The notes under the pieces were generated by a model. The model was not told the DNA's origin and made no database searches. It saw only the letters and a program-made list of their open reading frames with translations. The position numbers were made by a program, and so were the translations under genes. Shown one piece after another: positions 34,842-43,501 of a DNA stretch of 53,356 nt. The DNA is from a virus. Lineage: Duplodnaviria; Caudoviricetes. The stretch's first letter is position 1; every line of letters begins with the position of its first letter. Location of the stretch: the IMG/VR virus record IMGVR_UViG_3300036861_000789, positions 1 to 53,356 of that record; one strand, given 5' to 3'.

Positions 34842-36533
34842 CTACACGGTGATATCGGTGCAGGTGACTGTCTGGAGTGCTGAGGTGGCACCAGATGGGC
34901 AGATGTTGACGGTGTAGACCCGGCTCAGTGGGCACATGCGCATCACAGCCCAGCCGTCTTCCATGAACAGCTGAGTCACCAGGTTCTGCGGCAGGTTCAC
35001 CGAGTCGTAGATGCTCTCCAGCCGGATAACGTCCTGACGTGCCAGGACCCATGTGCCCGCCGGGTAGGCCAGGAACTGGACCTGCTTCGGTGAAACCTGG
35101 GCTGGCAGGGTCAGGATCGGGGTGTCCGCACCTGGTCCGGTGACCACACCTGAGAACGCGTCCTGCCAGTCGTAAACCCACTGGACCCGAGCGTTTCGCA
35201 TGGTGAACCAGGCGGTGATGTCAGCATCGGTCAGACCGACACCGTCGAAGCCCGTGCGGCGGCTGAAGTCCTGACGGAACAGAGCCTTGAGCCAGTACGG
35301 CAGAACGATTTCGACAGTTGAGTTCTGTGCCATGCGAAGCCGGTATTGGATGTCGACGATCGCCATCTCCACGATGCCGAGCACGTTGGAGATGAGACTG
35401 TTGTCGCTGGCCCATGGGTCAACGGCAGATGGGGCTACGGCTGTTGACCCGGCCACGATGTCGGCGATGATTTCGCGGTTGACGAAGTGGGCATAGGTTG
35501 CCAGCGCACCCTGCACGAAGGTGCTGACGAACTCCGGGTAGGCCCGGTTCTGGAGAATCGCCCCGGTCAGGCAGAGAACGGTCACCTTGAGGCGATCGTC
35601 CACAAACGGAGGACATGGGATTTCGACACAGGTCTTGGTGGTGTCGGCGATGACCTGAGCTTCAGTCAGCTCGTTGAAGCCGGTGCCGGTGCCGAAGATC
35701 GAGTCGAATTCGATGCCCTGGTTGTGCCGGATGCCGCCTCGGCGGGCCAGAACCTCGGGACCCTGCCACATGCCGTCGGTGGCGATCTGGAGACATGTGG
35801 TGTACAGGGTCTCCGATGGTGAGCACCAGCCGTTGGCCGCGACCAGTGAGCCACCTTCAAGGCGGGTTTCGTCGGCTGCGCGCAGGAGAACCTGGTGCAT
35901 CGACTCTTCGCCCATCTCCTCGGTGAGGATGAACTCCGGCGAGAAATTGCGTCGCAGCTCAGCGATCGGGTGCTGGAGCACGTTGGTGGACGCGCCCGTC
36001 TTCGGATAGGTCCGGATCCGTGAGCTGAAAGCGTCGGCGAAGTCGCGCCAGCTGGTGAACTCCCGGCCGTCGGCTACACCTGGGATGTTGTTGGCCGCGA
36101 CCAGCGAGTGATTCGGTCCGAGCCAGCTTTCCTCGGTGAGGACCAGTTCGGTGGCGGGGGCCAGCTGGGCGACCTGGGCCATGGTTGGTCGTGGTGCCGG
36201 AGTGATGTCGTCGATGGAGGCGACGATGACTTCAGTCTCGACTGGCGCTGGTGTCACCGGCTCGACCGGCGCAGGGACCTCCGCTGGGGGCAGGTCTTCC
36301 AGGGTCAGGGTGGCGAAGCTGGCTGCCCGTTCGCGGCGTGCGGTGATGTCTGTCTGGGCTGCGAGACCGAAGGCGTGAAGTTCGGTGATGCGGTTCAGGG
36401 TTTCATCGTCGACGCTTTGTGGGTCGGCTACACCTGCTCGTAGGGTGCGTAGTTCTTCGGTGGCTACGCGAAGCAGATCTTCGAGTCCGGCGACGCTGAA
36501 GACGCTCAGGTCGGCGGGGATCTGGAATGGCAT
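34842..36533 (-). CDS. major capsid (hexamer-type) protein with N-terminal scaffold-like region
   Basis: LVAANGWCSPSETLY...PEVLARRGGI...KTCVEIPCPPF...ILQNRAYPE...VQWVYDWQ. Confidence 0.88.
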   Translation of the reverse strand: MPFQIPADLSVFSVAGLEDLLRVATEELRTLRAGVADPQSVDDETLNRITELHAFGLAAQTDITARRERAASFATLTLEDLPPAEVPAPVEPVTPAPVETEVIVASIDDITPAPRPTMAQVAQLAPATELVLTEESWLGPNHSLVAANNIPGVADGREFTSWRDFADAFSSRIRTYPKTGASTNVLQHPIAELRRNFSPEFILTEEMGEESMHQVLLRAADETRLEGGSLVAANGWCSPSETLYTTCLQIATDGMWQGPEVLARRGGIRHNQGIEFDSIFGTGTGFNELTEAQVIADTTKTCVEIPCPPFVDDRLKVTVLCLTGAILQNRAYPEFVSTFVQGALATYAHFVNREIIADIVAGSTAVAPSAVDPWASDNSLISNVLGIVEMAIVDIQYRLRMAQNSTVEIVLPYWLKALFRQDFSRRTGFDGVGLTDADITAWFTMRNARVQWVYDWQDAFSGVVTGPGADTPILTLPAQVSPKQVQFLAYPAGTWVLARQDVIRLESIYDSVNLPQNLVTQLFMEDGWAVMRMCPLSRVYTVNICPSGATSALQTVTCTDITV

Positions 36534-36686
36534 CGCAGATTCCTTTTGGCTTGTGGGCTTTGAAAAGGCGCTCGGCTTTTTCGGTTGCTGTTCAACGCAC
36601 GGCCCACAGCCAGCTGCTTATGTCATGTTAGGTGGCTTTACTTCCTTTGACAACTTTTGCCCGTTTTGACACCCCGATTTGCCTTG

Positions 36687-36715
36687 TTGCCAACATGTAT
36701 GGCATGGGGTAGGGT
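36687..36715 (+). promoter_or_regulatory. SigA-type promoter (leaderless) for the inserted cassette
   Basis: TTGCCA-N17-TAGGGT, ATG 7 nt downstream. Confidence 0.55.
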
Positions 36716-36722
36716 CCCCGAT

Positions 36723-36956
36723 ATGCCAAAGTACGAACTGGATCCCCGCGTGCCCCGAGAAATCTTCCCCATACTTCACCGCGCCCGGCTGGACGCTGGC
36801 CTGACCTTGGACCAGGTGGCCAAGAACATGCCGGTCACCACAGCCAGGCTCGAAGTCCTGGAACGCGGCAACGTGTCTCACATCAGCCTGGAAAAGGTCC
36901 TGCACTGGGCCAACGCAGTTGGCGGGAAGGTGGAGATCTCATGGAATATGGACTGA
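36723..36956 (+). CDS. XRE-family HTH protein
   Basis: LHRARLDAGLTLDQVAKNMPVTTARLEVLERG. Confidence 0.8.
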   Translation: MPKYELDPRVPREIFPILHRARLDAGLTLDQVAKNMPVTTARLEVLERGNVSHISLEKVLHWANAVGGKVEISWNMD

Positions 36957-37099
36957 GGCTGCTCGGAGTCGGAATCGTTTCAGCTCTTGTGGCAGCAGCA
37001 TCAAACATCTTCAACTGGGGCCTGGCCTGGTGGGCGTCGATACTCATCGGGTTCTTCATCGTCTTCGGCGCTTCGGTGCTGATGGAGATGGACCTATGA
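36941..37099 (+). CDS. 52-aa membrane protein
   Basis: MEYGLRLLGVGIVSALV...WWASILIGFFIVFG; ATGA-coupled to next gene. Confidence 0.55.
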   Translation: MEYGLRLLGVGIVSALVAAASNIFNWGLAWWASILIGFFIVFGASVLMEMDL

Positions 37100-37320
37100 C
37101 AGCCATCATCGAAGCGGAACTGTCCTGCGACGGACCCAACGCAGACCTGTTCATGGCCTGCCCGCATGACAGCAAACTGTTCGGCAACAGCGCCACCCTG
37201 GCCCGCAGGCAAGCTCGCACTCAAGGTTGGATCCAGTCACGTCGACGAGGCAAACTGGTGGACATCTGCGCAGATTGCCAGCGGGTGACCGGTCCGGATG
37301 TGAATCGAGGTGCCCCATGA
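37096..37320 (+). CDS. small Cys-containing protein
   Basis: LSCDG...C...ARRQARTQGW...DICADC. Confidence 0.6.
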   Translation: MTAIIEAELSCDGPNADLFMACPHDSKLFGNSATLARRQARTQGWIQSRRRGKLVDICADCQRVTGPDVNRGAP

Positions 37321-37487
37321 AGCAGAACATTCGTGAACTGATCGACGAATGGGCCAGGGATTGGGATCGAACACAGCTGCTGCACGAGTGCCTAGGCTTG
37401 ACCCAGGAGCAGTACCTAACCTGGGCTGGGGGCGGAGAACTCCCCCTTGACTGCGGTCTTTACGATCCAGATCGAGGTGCCCCATGA
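37317..37487 (+). CDS. 56-aa protein, tandem paralog A
   Basis: MKQNIRELIDEW...LHECLGLTQEQYLTW...LYDPDRGAP. Confidence 0.7.
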   Translation: MKQNIRELIDEWARDWDRTQLLHECLGLTQEQYLTWAGGGELPLDCGLYDPDRGAP

Positions 37488-37654
37488 AGCACGACATCCA
37501 CGATCTCATCGGCGATTGGCACGATGGGTGGGGATCAGCCCAGCCGCTGCATGAATACCTGCACCTGACCTGGGAGCAATACAAAACTTGGGCCGAAGGT
37601 GGGCAACTCCCTCCCGACTGCGATCTCTACGACCCGGATCGAGGTGCGCCATGA
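37484..37654 (+). CDS. 56-aa protein, tandem paralog B
   Basis: MKHDIHDLIGDW...LHEYLHLTWEQYKTW...LYDPDRGAP. Confidence 0.7.
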   Translation: MKHDIHDLIGDWHDGWGSAQPLHEYLHLTWEQYKTWAEGGQLPPDCDLYDPDRGAP

Positions 37655-37854
37655 TACTCAATCCGGCAATCCAGGTGGCTTTTACGGCGCTGGCAATCGC
37701 AATGGGCTGCCCGCCAGACCGGGTTGATGAGGCTTGGGGTGTAATCGGAGGCGAGTATCCAGGCTATTCGCCCAGCGACCACGTCGACACAGTTCGCCGA
37801 GCTATTGCTGGTCTGAAACCTGAAGCGGAGGTGCGCCATGACTTAGGGGCCTAA
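37651..37854 (+). CDS. hypothetical protein
   Basis: RBS GAGGTG, ATGA coupling. Confidence 0.55.
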   Translation: MILNPAIQVAFTALAIAMGCPPDRVDEAWGVIGGEYPGYSPSDHVDTVRRAIAGLKPEAEVRHDLGA

Positions 37855-37878
37855 ATCAGGTCCTCTAAGGAGGACGCA

Positions 37879-38055
37879 ATGTATAGCAGATCAGCGCCGA
37901 AGTGGTTCATCGACCACAGGTGGAACAACGTCGAGCGGGTTCGGATGCGCGATGAGTTGCTGGACATGGTCAAGGAGTTCAACGCGTCGGGTGAAGTGGT
38001 CCATGAGCCGCAGAGCTGGCAGCATCGCCATGGTGCCCAGTGGGATTGGACCTGA
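37879..38055 (+). CDS. 58-aa hypothetical protein
   Basis: RBS AAGGAGG; MYSRSAPKWFIDHRW...RHGAQWDWT. Confidence 0.6.
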   Translation: MYSRSAPKWFIDHRWNNVERVRMRDELLDMVKEFNASGEVVHEPQSWQHRHGAQWDWT

Positions 38056-38062
38056 GCCAACA

Positions 38063-38110
38063 GAAAACCCCAGGTCTGGAGGGAGTCACTGCCCCAGACC
38101 TGGGGTTTTC
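38063..38110. terminator. long inverted repeat / bidirectional terminator
   Basis: GAAAACCCCAGGTCTGG...CCAGACCTGGGGTTTTC between convergent genes. Confidence 0.75.
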
Positions 38111-38160
38111 CATCTTGGGAAAGGAGATGACCCGCGAAGGTCTTCCTATCTGATTCTATC

Positions 38161-38295
38161 TCACTTGGCCTTGGGCGTGTAGGAGCCGCCCTTGATTCTC
38201 ACCAGCGTGCGTGCCTCTTGTTCGGAGGCAACGACTTTGGTGGTCCCGTCGTCCATGGTGACGCTGAACTGGGTCTTGGCTTTGTTGCAGCACAT
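38161..38295 (-). CDS. 44-aa protein following the protease
   Basis: RBS GAGGAG; MCCNKAKTQFSVTMDDGTTKVVASEQEAR...GGSY. Confidence 0.65.
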   Translation of the reverse strand: MCCNKAKTQFSVTMDDGTTKVVASEQEARTLVRIKGGSYTPKAK

Positions 38296-38306
38296 GCGGA
38301 CTCCTC

Positions 38307-40577
38307 TCAGGCTGCGCAACCGCAGCTGTCATCGGAAGGTAGCAGATCTTGAAAGGCTTGAGTGACCACGCTGGCACGGTGCGCCCGGTCGGCAGCATTC
38401 AGGAAGATGTCAACATCGTTGAAGATGTTCACATGCTCGACCTCGTGGCCCTGCGCATTTTCAAGCATGCCAGCGGCCGTAAGCGATACAACCTCATCGC
38501 CATCCTGGTGAAGCACGGGGAAGCCTGGGCTGTTGACAGCAAGCGCAGCGCAAAGTTCAAGGTTGCCGTCAGTACGTCGCCAGTCGCCCGACAATGGGCT
38601 GCGACGCAGCTCTGCGATCCTCTCTTCGGACACACCTGCCACGAGTGCTCCGGCTAGCCATGGGCCGAAGCGGTCCTCACCTGCGTTGACCACTGCGACA
38701 CAGGTTCCTGTGTGATCGTAGTGCTCGATGGCCGGGATGAGGCCGAAGCTCTTGTCCGCATGACCAGTCCCCAGGGTGATCTTACCGACGGGAATGACGG
38801 TGCCGTCATCGCATTTGACTGAACCCAGCTTGAAATGCTTGTAGTTGGTCGCTGACCTCGGTGCCATTACACACTTGTTGCCGACGCCCTGGTGGCATTT
38901 GCGCCACAACGCGAAGTGTCCGAACACCCGGCCGTCGTCGGTGATGGTCAGCGGGGTCGGCTTGGTCAGCTTCGGGTCAGCGAATGCAGACTTTGGTGGG
39001 TATAGGACCCCAGCCGCAGTGACAGCATCCATCGAAGCTTCGTTTTCGCTGCCCTGGTAACGCTTCTGAATGCGATCCAAGATGGCCTGGATCCGGGCTT
39101 TGTCGGCGGCGGGGATGTTGGCCTGGGACAGGCGAGCGTCAGCGTTGTTGACAGCCCGGATGAAGATGGTCAGCGTGCCGTTGACGGGCTTGGCGATGGG
39201 GAACTTGAACCCGGTTTTGTTTCCTGAGCCGTCGGTCCACAGGAAAGCCCGGCCATACTTTTCGATGCTGTCCCCAGCCCAGGCGTCCAAAGCCGACCGG
39301 GCCGCACCTTCATCCCAGGCACCGGTGCTTGTCGGCATGGAGTCCCAGCCGCCTGAGCGAACAGCGAAAGTGCTGTCCTCATCAGAGTTGATGAACATGA
39401 TTCCAGCTCCTTCTACTGAATGCTCACTGTGATGTTTTCCCTCAGCTGGCCATTTACCAGTTGCCTCGTGGTGCAGGTTGGCGCACAAACCTTCGGTGTC
39501 GCGGGGAAACTTGTCACGCAAAGCCCGAACGCATCGGTCGAAGGAACCTTCAGTGCCCCAACGGATTTTGGCTGCGCCTTCACCTTTGATCCAGTAATCG
39601 TGCAACGGCCCGGTGAGGCGGGACTGGAATGTTTCCATGGCATCCAAACCTGCTGTAGTGGTTGGTTTAGCCTCAGCTGATGTGGCCCCAGCCCGGCCCC
39701 CACGCTGCCAAGGTGCGATAACTCTTGGATCCGCGTAGGTTTCACGCAACATGTCATAGATTTCGGTGATGACTTCCTGAAGCTGCGTGATCTCGGCTGC
39801 GGGCACTGTCTCAAGACCACCATGTCCGTTGGACAGGAAGGTTCCCGCGCTGAACACAGCCCTGGGGATGAGGGTCAGCCTGCTGTTATGGATGTCGGCA
39901 ATGGGCAGCCGGTATGATTCCCGGCTGGTAGGTGGCAGTGACTTATCCTGGTGCAGGAATGCTTGACCGAATCGGCTCGGATCCCCACCTGACCATTCGG
40001 CGATACGCGCGATGGCTTCATCAAAGGTGAACTCGGTTTCGCGTGGTGCCACCGGCCATGAGCGCCAGGATGATTTGTTAACCGCGAAGGTCACATGTTC
40101 GACACCCGCGCTGGCGAGGATAGTCATCTCCTCATCGTCGTCGACGGTGATGTGAACCTGCGGAAAAGCTGGCCCCATGACGAAAGTGAGCGCGTGAACG
40201 TTGGCCCGGGTTACTTTGATGGCGAAGTCTTCGTCTGGCCGGTTGGGATGTGGGACGACTTCGTAGGCCATGTCGGGGTCGAGGTCCACGCTTGGACCTA
40301 TGAGTCCCTTATCCAGGAGGTAGACAGCTTCGACTACCTCTGGCACGATCCGGGGGTCCAGGAACTCTCCCCGACCCCAGATGCCACCATCGCCTGCGAA
40401 CTGGGCATCCCAGCTGGCCACGATCACGGACCCGGCGTGCTTGGATGAGGTGACTCGCTGCCATCCGGCTGGTAGTGGGAAGTCTCGGTAGGTTAGGGCC
40501 TGGGAGGCGAACATGCGCCGATCTCCGGTGGCTGCCTCTTCGGGAGCTACCAGGCCATGCCAGCGGATCGTCATCAC
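38307..40577 (-). CDS. capsid maturation protease, multidomain
   Basis: TGDRRMF...H..SVIV...IGPSVDLD...PAF N-terminal protease-like region; C-terminal GRVFGHFALW..CH...LSGDWR...VNSPGFP; position between MuF and capsid. Confidence 0.75.
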   Translation of the reverse strand: MMTIRWHGLVAPEEAATGDRRMFASQALTYRDFPLPAGWQRVTSSKHAGSVIVASWDAQFAGDGGIWGRGEFLDPRIVPEVVEAVYLLDKGLIGPSVDLDPDMAYEVVPHPNRPDEDFAIKVTRANVHALTFVMGPAFPQVHITVDDDEEMTILASAGVEHVTFAVNKSSWRSWPVAPRETEFTFDEAIARIAEWSGGDPSRFGQAFLHQDKSLPPTSRESYRLPIADIHNSRLTLIPRAVFSAGTFLSNGHGGLETVPAAEITQLQEVITEIYDMLRETYADPRVIAPWQRGGRAGATSAEAKPTTTAGLDAMETFQSRLTGPLHDYWIKGEGAAKIRWGTEGSFDRCVRALRDKFPRDTEGLCANLHHEATGKWPAEGKHHSEHSVEGAGIMFINSDEDSTFAVRSGGWDSMPTSTGAWDEGAARSALDAWAGDSIEKYGRAFLWTDGSGNKTGFKFPIAKPVNGTLTIFIRAVNNADARLSQANIPAADKARIQAILDRIQKRYQGSENEASMDAVTAAGVLYPPKSAFADPKLTKPTPLTITDDGRVFGHFALWRKCHQGVGNKCVMAPRSATNYKHFKLGSVKCDDGTVIPVGKITLGTGHADKSFGLIPAIEHYDHTGTCVAVVNAGEDRFGPWLAGALVAGVSEERIAELRRSPLSGDWRRTDGNLELCAALAVNSPGFPVLHQDGDEVVSLTAAGMLENAQGHEVEHVNIFNDVDIFLNAADRAHRASVVTQAFQDLLPSDDSCGCAA

Positions 40578-41281
40578 GCCTCCTTAATGATCAGATCGCA
40601 GCGACACGCGATCACGTTTGCGGCCAAACCTCGTGGGTCGCCCGGATACGCCAGGTCTTCCCCACCGACTTGGAACATGTCGCGAAGCCGCCGGGTTTGG
40701 CCATCTGCCCGGACGTGCGCTGGCCTGGTCCTGTCGTCTTCTTCGGCTGCCCACGTTTTCGTCCATCCACGCCCTGTTGGCGGCTCGTAGTACATTGCTG
40801 CCCCAAGTGTCCCACTTTGCCAGGCTCGGTGTGTTTCTGTCACCGCTATGACTTTTGCCCGATTATCCCAATTTTCACTGCCGGTGAAAGTGAGGACCGC
40901 ATCTACTCGCTGGGCTATCTGCTCGACATCTTCGCCAGCACGGTGCCCGGCTTCGATGGCTTGGAAGATGAGCCGGTAGACCTCGTCAGGTATCCGGACC
41001 AACAGGTTCTGGGTGAGTTGAAGCTGAGCGATGACGAAGCTGTCAACCTCGATGAAGTCCTGACCTGATTGCAACTCCCAGGCAGCCCCGGCCACATGGG
41101 CCAGTTCGGGTAGCAGATCGGCGACTTCGGCGTTCCACGCGGTTCTGGTGGCGTCAACGGCACTGGGATCGGGGTGCAGCCGATCACGCATGACGAGTCG
41201 GCGCACCAGTTCCAGCCAGCGGCTGAACATGCCCCGCACGTGACTCAGGATGCGTGGCTCGAAGTCGCGTGGGTCTGCCAT
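40574..41281 (-). CDS. MuF-like minor head protein
   Basis: RAKVIAVTETH...KTW...DDRTRPAH..ADGQ...FQVGG..LAYPGDP...NVIACRC. Confidence 0.88.
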   Translation of the reverse strand: MADPRDFEPRILSHVRGMFSRWLELVRRLVMRDRLHPDPSAVDATRTAWNAEVADLLPELAHVAGAAWELQSGQDFIEVDSFVIAQLQLTQNLLVRIPDEVYRLIFQAIEAGHRAGEDVEQIAQRVDAVLTFTGSENWDNRAKVIAVTETHRAWQSGTLGAAMYYEPPTGRGWTKTWAAEEDDRTRPAHVRADGQTRRLRDMFQVGGEDLAYPGDPRGLAANVIACRCDLIIKEA

Positions 41282-43158
41282 CAGATCAGCCCACAGACCC
41301 GCAACTGCTTACGCAGATCCTCGATATCGTGAGGACGCGAAGCGATGAGCAGATCAGCGCAATAGCTGCGCAGGGCTCGCTCCAGGTGCTCCACATCCAC
41401 ATCGATGGCAGCAAGATCTGAAGCCAGGTAATCAAATCCACGGTCCAGCAATCGGCCGGTCTCATGAGCTGGCACCCGTATCTTCGTGTGCAGCTCAAAC
41501 TTCGGCAGATCCGGCCACTGACCCCGATGCTGGCGGGTCAACAGCTGACCACCGGCAAGCTCCAAAGCCCTGCGCACCACCACATTCGAGGCGGCAAGGA
41601 TCGGGTCGGGTGCGAAAGTGATCTCACCTGAGGCCAGGATCGGCGTGCCGCCCTGGCTGCCTCGGCTGGGGCCTGGCTCACCTGGGGCCACAGGTCTCGG
41701 CTGGTTGTCCACTGAGCGTTGCGGAGTCGGTGGGGCTGCTGGCCCTGGGGCGTTCAAATCTCCGGGTGCCAATGCCAGCGGCTCAGGCATCTCAATGTCC
41801 AGGCCAGCTGCTTCAACCAGCTGTGGCACGTTGATCAGCGTTGGGTCGCGTTCCATCAGGGTGCGGACGAACTTGCGGGTGTCCTCTTCCTCTTCCATGG
41901 CGTCGGTGGCCGGGTTGTAGTTGCCTGCGATGAGTACGGCGTGGGCGTTGGCGATGCCTAGGGTGTACAGGTTGATGGTGTCCTGGAGCCGGTTGGGACG
42001 CACGGTGAGGGGAGCTGTGTCGAAGGCCAGCTGGTAGCGCTCGGGGTCTTTGCCCATGGCTTGCAGCAGCGGCTGAAGGTAGGCCCGGGTGAGGCCGTCG
42101 CAGATCCTGTTCATCAAAGGCTCGATGTGGATCTTCACAAACGACTCTTCGATGTGCCAGGAGCTGAGATGGTTCGTGTCGCCCATGCCCAGTAGAACTT
42201 CCTGCGGAATGTTCATACCGTTGGCGATGCGGCGAATCGCGGTCTCGCGGTACTCCTTCACCTTGTCCGACAGTTCCGAGTCGAAACGAACCGGCTTGTC
42301 GGGCATGTCTTTCAGGAACTCGCCGGGGATCTCGACGAACACGGGCACGACGCCACCAGCGGCCCCGCGCTGCGTCCGAGCCGCCCGAGCTGCTTCAGCC
42401 AGGATCTGGAACAGATCATCGGCGCTCTGCGGGGCAGTCGAATCCGATACCGGGCTGCTCATCTCAGCCGGAACCCAGTACAGACCGGCACCACTCAACC
42501 GGCTGTCGATCTGCGACAGCTCAAACAGGTTCAGCTGCTCCAGCTCATACAGCTGCTCCATACATGAACGGGTGGAAGAGTCGGCGAAACGCATCCGCTC
42601 CGGGTCAGGAGTCCACAGTCGGATGACCAGATCGGTGCCCGACAGGATCTTCTCCGGGCCATACCCGAAGTCGATGGTGATCTGACCAGCCCGGCGCTTC
42701 AGCTCAGTGGTGGACACCACCGACCAGGAGTCAGGGTCGAATCCTCGCCTGGCCTTGCCGATGATGTAGCACTCACCGGCAATGGTCAGGTTCGCTCCGA
42801 TGGCTTTAAGAGCTTCGGCTTTGCTCGCCGGGCCACCGAACAGGGTGTCGGAGATGGCGACGATCTCATTGTCATCGGTGACTTCATCGCCGACCCGGCC
42901 CAGCTCATCGACATCGGCTACGAAGATGCGCACCCGGGAGCAGGCTGAACCGACATAGTCGGTGATGTAGTGCAGTTCAGGGGTGGTGTGGAAGTAGCGC
43001 CAGCATTCGGTCTGCCATGTTTCCATGGTGAACCGGTAGGTGCCCCACAGCTGATCGTTGGGTTTGATCTGTGCCGCTGAGGCGACAAGGGATTTAGGCA
43101 CAGGCAGCACCAGAGCCGAATCGCTGGCTGGGACTGAGGAGATCATGGGCTTAGGCAT
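41281..43158 (-). CDS. portal protein
   Basis: Position after terminase; WQTECWRYF...ELHY..DYVGSACSRVRIFVA...SRLSGAG...NHLSSW. Confidence 0.82.
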   Translation of the reverse strand: MPKPMISSVPASDSALVLPVPKSLVASAAQIKPNDQLWGTYRFTMETWQTECWRYFHTTPELHYITDYVGSACSRVRIFVADVDELGRVGDEVTDDNEIVAISDTLFGGPASKAEALKAIGANLTIAGECYIIGKARRGFDPDSWSVVSTTELKRRAGQITIDFGYGPEKILSGTDLVIRLWTPDPERMRFADSSTRSCMEQLYELEQLNLFELSQIDSRLSGAGLYWVPAEMSSPVSDSTAPQSADDLFQILAEAARAARTQRGAAGGVVPVFVEIPGEFLKDMPDKPVRFDSELSDKVKEYRETAIRRIANGMNIPQEVLLGMGDTNHLSSWHIEESFVKIHIEPLMNRICDGLTRAYLQPLLQAMGKDPERYQLAFDTAPLTVRPNRLQDTINLYTLGIANAHAVLIAGNYNPATDAMEEEEDTRKFVRTLMERDPTLINVPQLVEAAGLDIEMPEPLALAPGDLNAPGPAAPPTPQRSVDNQPRPVAPGEPGPSRGSQGGTPILASGEITFAPDPILAASNVVVRRALELAGGQLLTRQHRGQWPDLPKFELHTKIRVPAHETGRLLDRGFDYLASDLAAIDVDVEHLERALRSYCADLLIASRPHDIEDLRKQLRVCGLI

Positions 43159-43161
43159 GGG

Positions 43162-43464
43162 CTACCCGCTCCGGCTGGCGATGAAGGAACCTGCAAATGC
43201 CACAGCGAGGAAGCCGATGAGGGCGTACCAGGCTGTGGCGAGGCTGAGAGGCATGGTCAGGCTGTAGGTTCCGAAGGTGAGCGCACCGGAGAACCAGATG
43301 CCCCAGCACCAGTGGCAGTTGACTCCGCGATACAGCAAATGGTCGATGCCGAACTTGCGTCCGACGGCCACCCGGATGAATTCGGTGATGTCGTCTTCCA
43401 CCATGAGAACGCACAGTCGAGCCACTGCCAGCGCCAAGATGAGCAGGACATAAGGTGCGATCAC
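43162..43464 (-). CDS. membrane protein (DUF1360-like)
   Basis: LAVARL..LMVEDDITE.IR...CHWCWGIW. Confidence 0.7.
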   Translation of the reverse strand: MIAPYVLLILALAVARLCVLMVEDDITEFIRVAVGRKFGIDHLLYRGVNCHWCWGIWFSGALTFGTYSLTMPLSLATAWYALIGFLAVAFAGSFIASRSG

Positions 43465-43501
43465 GATCTAAGAGTAAACGGACATACCCCAACAAGGTAA
43501 C

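Noticed and set aside
19009-36443. Plus-strand ORFs antisense to structural genes
   Set aside because: Shadow ORFs expected from high-GC codon bias
37304-37841. CRISPR-like array from the repeated 17-nt motif
   Set aside because: Spacing of 167 bp or more and the intervening sequences are protein-coding; the motif is an RBS plus ATGA junction
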